Shown here one piece after another: positions 55,621 through 64,000 of a DNA stretch of 64,000 nucleotides. The notes below the pieces were generated by a model. The model worked only from the letters and a program-made list of their open reading frames with translations, searched no databases and had not been told where the DNA came from. Location: assembly GCA_012295275.1 (NCBI GenBank), contig CM022678.1:20088001-20152000 (forward strand), given 5' to 3'. Source of the stretch: Chrysomallon squamiferum. Taxonomy: Eukaryota; Animalia; Mollusca. How positions within the stretch are numbered: the first letter of the stretch is position 1; each line of letters begins with the position of its first letter. Position numbers and translations under genes: made by a program.

Positions 55621-58553
55621 TACATGCACCCTCATCTACAACAAACTGTAAATGAAATAAAACCCACAGACCTGCAGAGTTGCGTGTGCCACCATGCTGA
55701 CACAGTTGGGTGGGACAGACACGTGAATGTTTGAGTTAAAACTCGACACAAAGGACCCGCCCTTGTCGGTGATGGTGAAAGTTTCTGGCTGACTGTATTC
55801 AATACCGAAAGACCCGATTCCTGATTTTACTGTGTTGTCTGGACTCAGTCGCCATATTCCATCTGACGTCTTCTTTATAGTCCTTGCCCGGAATCTGTAA
55901 CCATAGCAACAGAGATATTTACTTACTTCATGAATGAACATGGCAATACTGTATTAGAAATGTTTATGTGTTTCTTAGATGATAAGGATGATATTAATGA
56001 GGAAAAATTTGTTTCATAAATGAAGATGGTAATGCATATCATGTAATGAATGAACAGGATAATAATATGTCATATATTTTTTTTTCTTTAAATGAATATT
56101 GTAATACAGATGAGAAATATTTGTTTATCAAATGATCATGATTTTTTAAAATAATTAACCATTATTAAAAAAAAAAAAAAAGAAAAAAGTAATTAAACTT
56201 TGGCATATTGAACAAAAGACATATGTTCAGTATTCTATTTAGATGTATTGATTAATGGGTGGAATGGGAAATTATCTAATTGTTTAGTAGAGAATTTTTC
56301 TTTAAGAGACTAAATAAACATAATTTAAGAGTACCATGTTAGATACGTTTCATAAAATTCAAATATCTTACCAGATTCATTTGTTAAAATAACTGAACCA
56401 TTTCCTTTATATTATATATTGTATACTGAATGACATAATATTTCCTGTGTATTTTTTTTTTTTTTCACAATTACCCTTACATGATCAATGGTTATTGTGT
56501 ATTGAAAGATAACATGTCAATACCAATGCTATTTTATTATTTCAGTCAAATAGTCTTTGTTGTAAATTAATATAACAAATATAAAAACTTGAGTACTTTA
56601 AAGATTCTAACTCTATTATTTCTTACAGTTTCCTTATAAGAACAGAGTGTTGTTGTGGTTTGAGATACCAGTGTTATTTTATTATTTCATTAATAGAGAT
56701 TTTATTTTATATGGGTATAAAAAATATAAAGATTTGAATGTTGAAAAGATTTACCTTTTCTTGATGCTTCCATTCAGTGTTAGAACTGGATGTAGCAACT
56801 CTTTGCTCAACATTGACTCTAACTGCGAACAGACGCCAAGCAGGTTGTAGTCAGTAATACGCTGCATTGATTTACCTTCAGCAACAGCAGCAGCTGCAGC
56901 ATCATCTTGGACAAGTCTGTGTAGATGAGGGTCACTTTTGTAAGATCTCAGAGAACCTGCAGGGGAAGAATTTTCCGAAGAAAACTCTGCAGCGATTTCC
57001 TTCGTCTGAAACTGGATTTCTGAAAGACTTCTTCTCTTGCCATGTCTGCCAATGCCTGGACTGGTGATGTTGCCATGTCTGTCGATGTTTGGACTGTTCA
57101 CGTTGGCGTGTTTGTCAGTGTTGCTGTTTGTATGTCTCTTGTTGGGACTGTTACTGTTGCTGTGCCTGATGACGTTTGGACTGCTGCTGTTGCTGTGGTG
57201 TTTCGATGACCTCTCCTGACCTCGCATGGATCTGATGACCGACTTGACACTTCTCAGTGTGCTGTTTCTGGAAGGTCGTACTGAGGTGGTTTTCGTCAAG
57301 GTTGAAATCCCGTTTTTGTTTTTACGAAACAATCCGAACGTCTTCTGCTCGAGCATTGGTTGGGGGCTGGTTGGCTTGTTGATGATGTTGTTCCCTTTGA
57401 TGTTGAATGACTGAAGGTTTTCCAGTTTGTAGACCGACATCGGCAGCGACGTTATGTTGTTGTTGGAGACGTCCAGATTCTGCAGCTTCTTCAGCTGCCC
57501 GATTTCTTCCGGGATGTCGTGAATGTTGTTGTTTTCCAGTCGCAGAAATTTCAGATGAGCCAAGTCGAAAAGACCTCGAGGAAGAACCTCCAGTTCGTTG
57601 TTAGCAGCGTTGAGACAAACCAGGTTCTTCATTCTGCCCACAGAGAAACTGTGGATTTTGTTCTTGGAGACGTTCAGATACTGAAGGTTGTCAAATCTAT
57701 CCGGAACGGTTTCCAGGAGGTTTCCCTGAAGATGGAGAACTCGCAGACACTGCAGCTTGGTGAGTTCCTGCGGGACGAAGCTCAGTCGGTTGTTGCCCAG
57801 GTTCAGGTACTTCAGGTGGCGAAGTCTTATTATCGTGCTGTTCAGCGACGTGAACTTGTTTTCTCCCAAGTTGAGCTCTCGGAGGTTGTTGAGGTTCTCA
57901 AAGCCAGGCGGGAGGTTGACGAGCCGGTTCTGAGAGAGGTTGAGGGAGTGGAGGGTGGACAGCCGGCAGACGGGCATGGGTACCTGGTCGAAGAGGTTGT
58001 TGGAGAGGTTGAGGTAGAGGAGGAGCTGCGGAGGTTCTGGATGGAGAAGGGTAGATACCACAGCTTGTTCTGGTGCATGTCCAAGTGACGAAGACTTGTC
58101 AGCTGACCAATGTCGTGTGGAATCTGTTCTATGTCGTTCTTCCCTACCTGATTGTAAAAGAATATATATATATATCTATATCTATATCTATATCTATCTA
58201 TCTATCTATCTATATATATATATTTACATATAAAGTAACGTTTTATAAAACTTAGAAATGATAAGCTGAAATGAGGTTAAGAATAATTTAAAGCTAACCT
58301 ACATACATGTATTAAAATAATAACCTTAAGAAAAGAGAAGAAATATTTTACAACTTTTATTTAGAATATCATTATGGTTGTGTATAAATATTCTTGTACG
58401 ATTAAACCAGTATTTTAGTCTTTTTTGATGAAGATGATGATGTTGATGATTGTAGAAGTTTTAATAACTATTGATTTGATGATAATACTAATGATGAGAT
58501 CAGTAATTATAATAATAACTAATAATAGCAATAATTTTAATAATAATTTTTAG

Positions 58554-58594
<41 letters not shown>

Positions 58595-59778
58595 TATAAC
58601 ACAGTTAAATTTTATAACAGTAACATGAACACATTGAATAATAGCAAATAATAATAGCAACACCAATAGTAATCATTGTACCAACAGCAACAACAGCAAC
58701 AACATGAGTAATAACAAATAATAACAGCAGCAACATCATAAGTAATTACAAATAATTACAGCAACAGTAACAACATGAGTGATAAGAAATAACAACAGTA
58801 GCAACAACAACAGCAACATGATGATAATCATAACAGTATCAAAAACAACAAGATGAGTGATGACAGATAATAACAACAGCAACAGCAACAACAACCTTTA
58901 GAAATCGCAGCTGTCTGAGTGCTCCCAACGCTCCTGGGCAAGGACGGGAATCTGTTGTGGGTGAGGTCAAGCTCTGTCAGGTGTTTGCAGTTGACAATTG
59001 TCTCTGGCAGCGACGTCAGCAGGTTCTTCAACAGAAGCAGCTTTTTCAGACTCCTCAGGTAGGAGATCATTGTGGGGAGACAGTCTATCTCATTGTCAGT
59101 CAACTTCAGAACCTCGATTCCCGTGAACTGAAACACCTCTGGGGGAATGTGGGTCAGGTTGCACCTACAGAGGTCAAGTTCGGTTTGACCCTTTGAGTTA
59201 CTGACCACACGGAGTCGTATGTTTTTGTTTTGAGTTACGAAACCTGAACTGTTTGGTCGCCGCGATTTCGGGTTTGAACGTCCGTTCAACATTTTCATAG
59301 ATTTCTGTCTTGTCTGAAGAGAAAAAGATTTATTAGTAGGTTTATATTTACATGAGTGAAAAAAATTATAATTTGTGTTGTTTTGTTTTTAGAAAAGCCA
59401 GTGTGTTAAAAACATGTTTTTGATTTTTTACAATTTAGCTTTAATGATAATTTCTGTAAGAAATGATAATAATTATAATACAGGTGTTGAAAACAATACT
59501 TCTTTTTAATTATTGTTAGAAAATACATCAAACATACCCACTTACAACAACTTGCCACCTCGTTAGAAAAATACACAGACACACACAAACACACACAGAC
59601 AAACACATACAAACACAAGAACACACAAATACACAGAGTAATATTAGTGTTTCATTGTAATCAAAAACAAAGAAAAAACATAAAATTTATTTGAATATTA
59701 TTACAGTTAATAAATCTGTTTCAGAATTATAGTATCTATATTATATGGACAATATATTAATAACTATTGAATTGTCTA

Positions 59779-59814
<36 letters not shown>

Positions 59815-60377
59815 TATATATATATATATATAAAATTTACCATCTCTACACCCATTGATTTCTTAATTATCAGTTGCATGACAATTGTGTTTAATAAGAA
59901 AACAAAACCTACCTAAGAATTTCTGTGTATTTGTACAAACATCGTAGTTTTCATGCTAGCACTTACTCCAAGCTGTTGCCACTGGTGATGTTCAGGTGAC
60001 CTGTGGTGGACAAAGTTAACTTGAGTTGGCAATCAACTCTTTATCAATAATGAATAAACTTTCCTTTCTCTTCTCACAAATCAATAATTTTCACCTGTTT
60101 ACTTTATTTCTTGAGCAATATATTATTTATTATATACTGAAAGATAAATGTCTGTGTGATGTATTGCTTATTGAATGTAATTATTTAATAATAACTCATA
60201 CTGTGAACACTGTTTATTTTATATTGAATGATTATATTGTTTATGGTTTATTTATTATTTTATAGTATTTCTTATGTGAACAGTATATTATTTATTGTAT
60301 TAATTTGTTTATTATAATCTTTGTGAGTGGTGCTATTTATAATATATTCTTCTACATTACAGTTCTGCCTGAAATGA

Positions 60378-60410
<33 letters not shown>

Positions 60411-60453
60411 GATAGATAGATAGATAAGCAGATCTATATATATATATATATAA

Positions 60454-60496
<43 letters not shown>

Positions 60497-60984
60497 TAAA
60501 AATCTTAAATGTTTATAATTTGTATTGGTTTCTAACCACTGTACATAATGACAGATATAATGCAATGGCAAAACTGTTTTCTTTTTCAATCTGTCTTCCA
60601 AAACTGATACAACACAGTCCACAGCATATATTGTTCCATATACAAATAAACACACAGCAAAGTTCCTTGTGTCTAGAGATTAGTAAATGTCAGAAATATC
60701 AAATTAGTGACATCCAGTAACTGTAGATGAATGTTTGTTTTGTTAAACAGAACAAAGTCTATCTTTTTAATTAGTAACTTCATCAATAATACATCCACTG
60801 CATGCATGGAATCTACACAGAGCCATAATCAATACTATTATACACTGGTTACTTCTTGATTGTGCAGTATTTAGTTTTGTTATACATGTATCTGCTGGTT
60901 CTATCTTGTAGAACATGATACTAAAATAGCTTGTTGCAAATCCATTTGTATATAAATGTGTGTTCACATATATGTGTGTGTGTT

Positions 60985-61029
<45 letters not shown>

Positions 61030-61093
61030 GCATGAATGAATGCAAGTGTATATGTATGTGTGTCTGTTGGTGTGTGCATGCAGGCAGGTGTGA

Positions 61094-61133
<40 letters not shown>

Positions 61134-63309
61134 AATTGTATATTAATGTCAATATTAGGATTGTGAAATATAGGTGACAATACTGATATTTATGTATATC
61201 TTTGACTTTCAGACCTAATATATATATATGTGTATAATTTAATTTTGTATATTTAAACACAATTCAGATGCTAAGAAACAGTTACAAATGGCCAGCATTT
61301 TCAGATGCTTGTATAATTTAATATTAAATATTTAAACACAATTTCAGATGCTAAGAAGCAGTCTCAGATGATCATGTTGTATAATATATATAACAGTACT
61401 TGTATAATTTAAATAAATACTTAAAACAATTTCAGATGCTAAGAAACAGTTTCAAATGGCCATGATATAATGTTTAATACATATAACAGTACTTGTGTAA
61501 TTTAAATAAATATTAAAAACAATTTCAGATGCTAAGAAGCAATGGCAGCATTTTTTAATACATATAACAGTATTTGAGTAATTTAATATTAAATACTAAG
61601 AAACAGTTTCAGATGGTCATGTTGTATAATACATATAACAGTACTTGTGTAATTTAATATTAATATTTTAAAAACAATTTCAGATGCTAAAAGCAGTTTC
61701 AGATGGTCATGTTGTATAATACATGTAACAGTACTTGTATATTTTAATATTAAATACTTACAACAATTTCAGATGCTAAGAAGCAGTCTCAGATGGCAGC
61801 GCTGTCGAAGGAGAGAGACAACATACAAAGTGCAATACGAGTTTACAAGTCAATGTTTGAAACACAGGAACAACTCATCAATGAACTGCGGTGTAAGCTG
61901 AACATGTCTTAAACAGTTGTACACTTTCTCATCACTCTATCCAAATACCTGTGATAATTTGTGTGTGTGTGACTGTGTTTGTGTGTTCATAGGTCTGGAT
62001 GTGTTTGTGGTTCTGTATGTTTTTCTGTGTTTGTGTTTGTGTGTCTTTTTATGTATGTTTAAGTGTGTGTATAATATGTAAGTGTTTTAGGATTATTAAT
62101 GTGTTGGTTTGTTTTTATAAATATGATTTATAAATACTGTCAGTACATTATGAAAATGTTTCAGTGTATAACTGTTGTAAGTTTTATATTTTTGGATAAC
62201 ATCTGTGTGTGTGTGTGTCTGTTGTGTGTGTGTGTTTATATGTAAGTAAGTTATATCTGTAGAGCTTCTAGAATAATGATAGTTTGATGACCAAGTTTTA
62301 CACTTGACAGTACAAATATCTGTTAAGCTACTGCTTCATGACAAGTCCAAAAAAATAAAATAATGAAGAGATGATTCCATAACAGAGAACTAAATACATT
62401 TTTAAATGTGATTTTCAGTGGCTCTCATTGAGGCTAGTAAAGCAGAACAGAAAATCCGAGCAGAGCTGAGAAAACAGAATATTCCAGGTTCCCAGCTCCA
62501 ACAAGTATGTAACACAAACAGCTACCTGTGATAATTACTTTATTTATTTATTTTATTCTAGATCAACAAGTAAATGTCATAATGAGTATGTTGCTATTAC
62601 AATAGCCTTTTAAGTTTCTAAGGATGATAATTCTTATTATTTATTTGTTTATTTATTTTAGATAATCTTGTTAAGTATATAACACAAATAGTACAATGCC
62701 TTTATGACAAAGTCCCGAATTTCAAAATTTAAGCTTTTATTTTTTGTTGTTTTTTTAACCACATTAAGCTAATTTAATTTAAATATTGATGAAGTAAAAA
62801 TTAAAGTTTAAATAACAATCTATGCTTGGAAATCATACATTTAGGAAGTTTATTCTTACATATTAATGAAGACAGATGGCTAAAACAAATATTTTCCTTA
62901 TCTTATAATGTCAAATGTTCTAAGGGACATAAGTCCTAAGAAGAATGATAAATGGTAAGGGGAGTAATTCATGAACTAATATATTTATTTTATGTTAACA
63001 AATGCTTAAAGATGAGTGATAACCAGCCAATCATTTAATGAGAATAATTCATGAAAGAGAATATTTTATTTTATGATGACAAGTTTTCAAAGAAAATAGC
63101 TTGGAAGAATGGCGATAACTAGCAAATAATATAAGGGGAGTAACTCTTGAAAGACTATATTTTATTTTATGAAAAGTGTTTTAAGGGAAATAACTCCAGA
63201 AAAGGATGTTTCTAGAAATGTTTTAAAGAGTAATAGGTACAGTTTAAAAAAAAAAAAAAAAAAAAATAATAATAATAATTAAAAGAAAAAAGGAATAAAT
63301 AAATAAACA

Positions 63310-63346
<37 letters not shown>

Positions 63347-63617
63347 TTTATGGGAAATAACTGAATAGGATAATGGTTTAGGTGGAGACAGTAGAAAAGT
63401 TGATAGTTTTAAGGGAAATAACTCTGTTGAACTTGTTCTCATGTTTGAATATTGATGGTTTAGGTTGAGACAGTAGAAAAGTTGACAGTTTTAAGGGAAA
63501 TAACTCTGTTGAACTTGTTCTCATGTTTGAATGTTTAGGTGGAGACAGTAGAAAAGTTGATTCAGGCGAGGATGAAGTGGACTGCAGCTGCCGATGCCAA
63601 AGGGACCAGATGTGTTG
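19586..63617 (+). CDS. SMCHD1: Structural maintenance of chromosomes flexible hinge domain-containing protein 1 orthologue (partial; hinge exons beyond window)
   Basis: Exons: 19586-19729, 21065-21143, 22023-22181, 22932-23014, 23744-23880, 24985-25138, 26508-26627, 27271-27434, 27847-27943, 28475-28688, 30127-30247, 30876-30935, 31661-31784, 31959-32153, 33091-33204, 33653-33759, 34411-34493, 35259-35369, 36260-36337, 36900-37019, 37853-37997, 38703-38802, 39333-39405, 40245-40381, 40883-41017, 41528-41690, 42367-42434, 42879-43024, 43847-43976, 44684-44764, 45532-45687, 46071-46196, 47175-47254, 48045-48202, 48844-48965, 49599-49657, 50469-50553, 51685-51966, 53413-53545, 61773-61892, 62419-62504, then a disrupted exon from 63539. 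All are GT-AG with matching phases, 5049 nt open. Diagnostic peptides: [79 protein letters not shown]. Confidence 0.96.
22023..28688 (+). CDS. SMCHD1: SMCHD1 exons 3-10: GHKL-type ATPase core
   Basis: Bergerat-fold motifs are intact: AELIDNA (exon 4), IDNGKGM (exon 5), [13 protein letters not shown] (exon 6), SFTAVII (exon 8). Confidence 0.93.
23856..24420 (+). repeat. ~111-bp tandem repeat spanning exon 5 3' end and donor (5 copies)
   Basis: tcaggaaaga..cccat(c/t)aa(g/a)AG|GTAACACTT recurs with AGGTAACACT at ~23879, 23990, 24102, 24214 and 24323. Confidence 0.9.
25140..25600 (+). repeat. Degenerate tandem repeat directly after the exon 6 donor
   Basis: ctgttgtaatgtttttc..acaatttataaactatacagtt repeated about 7 times; some units carry ttctacatggg(g)gtaag, which resembles the exon 6 end and donor. 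Confidence 0.75.
25780..26370. repeat. Degenerate TGAGTTAGTTGT-type repeat in intron 6
   Basis: Recurrent tgagttagttgttgagtt(g/a)ttcag units at ~26068, 26101 and 26149, with decayed flanking copies. Confidence 0.6.
28995..30120 (+). repeat. 30-bp minisatellite (with 24- and 22-bp variants) abutting the exon 11 acceptor
   Basis: Unit ATGAAGATGTTGA(T/C)TAACATGGTGTTGTGT. It explains the [10 protein letters not shown] and [10 protein letters not shown] repeat ORFs. The last unit supplies CTAAC about 20 nt before the AG at 30125-30126. Confidence 0.95.
30940..31540. repeat. Degenerate (CAT/CAA/CAC)n low-complexity tract in intron 12
   Basis: Triplet-periodic, C/A-rich sequence including a pure (CAT)n run at ~31399-31428. 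Confidence 0.7.
35335..35835 (+). repeat. 54-55-bp tandem repeat of exon 18 3' end + donor + acceptor-like tract (9 copies)
   Basis: Unit AAACTTCTTGTAGAGTACAAACTGCTCTGGCATT|GTGAGTTTTATTTCAG|TATA; the first copy is the real coding sequence [11 protein letters not shown]. Confidence 0.95.
37003..37190 (+). repeat. ~62-bp repeat of exon 20 3' end and donor (3 copies)
   Basis: ttgttacAG|GTAAGTGAAGATTTCTAAAA at 37011, ttgttacAG|GTATGAGAAGATTTTAAAA at ~37073, ttgttcAG|GTAAGTGAAGGTTTCTAAAA at ~37135. Confidence 0.85.
46790..47174 (+). repeat. ~70-bp repeat of the polypyrimidine/acceptor region of exon 33
   Basis: gatttattgttattattcttgttt repeated about 6 times; the last copy ends in the functional aAG at 47174. 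Confidence 0.85.
51340..52480. repeat. Microsatellite blocks flanking exon 38: (TTCA)n upstream; (GACA)n, (GT)n and (GA)n downstream
   Basis: Directly visible; these blocks are the source of several spurious ORFs. Confidence 0.9.
52730..53440 (+). repeat. Tandem copies of exon 39 acceptor + first codons, interleaved with (CA)n
   Basis: tattacAG|AATCT(g/a)ATACTACAAGAAAATG at ~53102, 53169, 53255, 53323 (degenerate) and 53405 (real); more decayed copies at ~52738, 52853 and 53041. Confidence 0.85.
54259..59298 (-). CDS. Nested antisense gene: leucine-rich repeat protein with C-terminal ZU5-like domain, ~798 aa (exons 59298-58896, 58147-56755, 55894-55672, 55124-54847, 54358-54259)
   Basis: About 16 LxxLxxLxLxxNxL repeats, then a Ser/Asn/His-rich linker, then [29 protein letters not shown]...VSVGPII...[13 protein letters not shown]...[10 protein letters not shown] (ankyrin/PIDD ZU5-like). 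TGA at 54261-54259. All introns are GT-AG, and the 2397-nt spliced frame is open as written. Confidence 0.85.
59913..60010 (-). other. Candidate non-coding first exon of the nested LRR-ZU5 gene (contains a short uORF)
   Basis: Minus-strand AG|GTAGGT donor at 59913/59912. An acceptor (tttttctcttcAG) at 59315-59314 lies 15 nt before the ATG at 59298. ATGAAAACT...TCTTAG ends exactly at the donor. The 5' boundary is a guess. Confidence 0.4.
61200..61800 (+). repeat. ~85-90-bp tandem repeat of exon 40 acceptor + first codons (6-7 copies)
   Basis: aat(t)tcAG|ATGCTAAGAA(G/A)CAGT(C/T)TCAGATG at ~61261, 61340, 61428, 61521, 61676 and the real copy at 61765, plus a partial copy at ~61595. Confidence 0.92.
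63170..63560 (+). repeat. Tandem copies of exon 42 acceptor + first codons
   Basis: tttAG|GT(G/T)GAGACAGTAGAAAAGTTGA at ~63377, 63459 and 63534; the spacer aagggaaataactc also recurs at ~63183, 63352, 63411 and 63493. Confidence 0.85.
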
Positions 63618-63639
63618 CTGTGGAATTGTGTGTAAAGTG

Positions 63640-63699
<60 letters not shown>

Positions 63700-64000
63700 A
63701 TAATGTTTATGTCAGGAAAGGTAATTATATATTCTATTAAAGTGAATAAAACTGATTATTAAATTGATGTAATAGTAGTAGTTGTTGTAGTAATAGTAGT
63801 AGTAGTAGTAGGAAAGGTAATACTTTGTTGTATTTCAATGAATTAAATTGACATAACAATAATAGTAAATGTAGTTGTAGTAGTAGTAGGAATAGCAGTA
63901 ATAGTAGCAGTAATGATTGTGTTAGGAAAAAGGTAATTATATATTGTATGTATGTGAATTAAATTGATAAAACTGAATGTGAAATTGATATAACAGTAGT

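Noticed and set aside
57519-58088. 189-aa plus-strand ORF and other short ORFs over the LRR exon
   Set aside because: Antisense shadows of the GC-rich LRR coding sequence.
54259-59298. Naming the nested gene PIDD1 or LRRD1
   Set aside because: No second ZU5, UPA or death domain is visible; orthology cannot be asserted without a search.
38325-61180. Numerous ORFs rich in HT, CV, YI, LS or RE dipeptides
   Set aside because: Translations of (CA)n, (TA)n, (GA)n, (TCTA)n, (TTCA)n and (GACA)n microsatellites.

Overview
AT-rich, microsatellite-laden animal genomic DNA. It looks like an invertebrate, possibly a mollusc or other lophotrochozoan, but the species cannot be fixed from this window. Contents: (1) the first four coding exons of epsilon-tubulin (TUBE1) on the minus strand (450-1568); (2) a ~14.4 kb array of a 28-bp satellite with zoned variants (~2237-16650); (3) a head-to-head, intron-rich SMCHD1 orthologue on the plus strand. 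I could hand-splice 41 GT-AG exons of SMCHD1 into one open frame of 1683 codons (GHKL ATPase, long linker, start of coiled coil). Exon 42 appears damaged and the SMC hinge lies beyond the window; (4) an antisense LRR + single-ZU5 gene (PIDD/ankyrin-type ZU5, no death domain) nested in SMCHD1 intron 39, carrying two frameshifts that cancel each other. The most striking unexplained pattern is that about a dozen SMCHD1 exon-intron junctions have each been tandemly amplified into their own array of decoy donors, acceptors or branch points. Most ORFs in the supplied track are repeat artefacts. Coordinates were read by hand, and human-protein comparisons are from memory, not from a database search.
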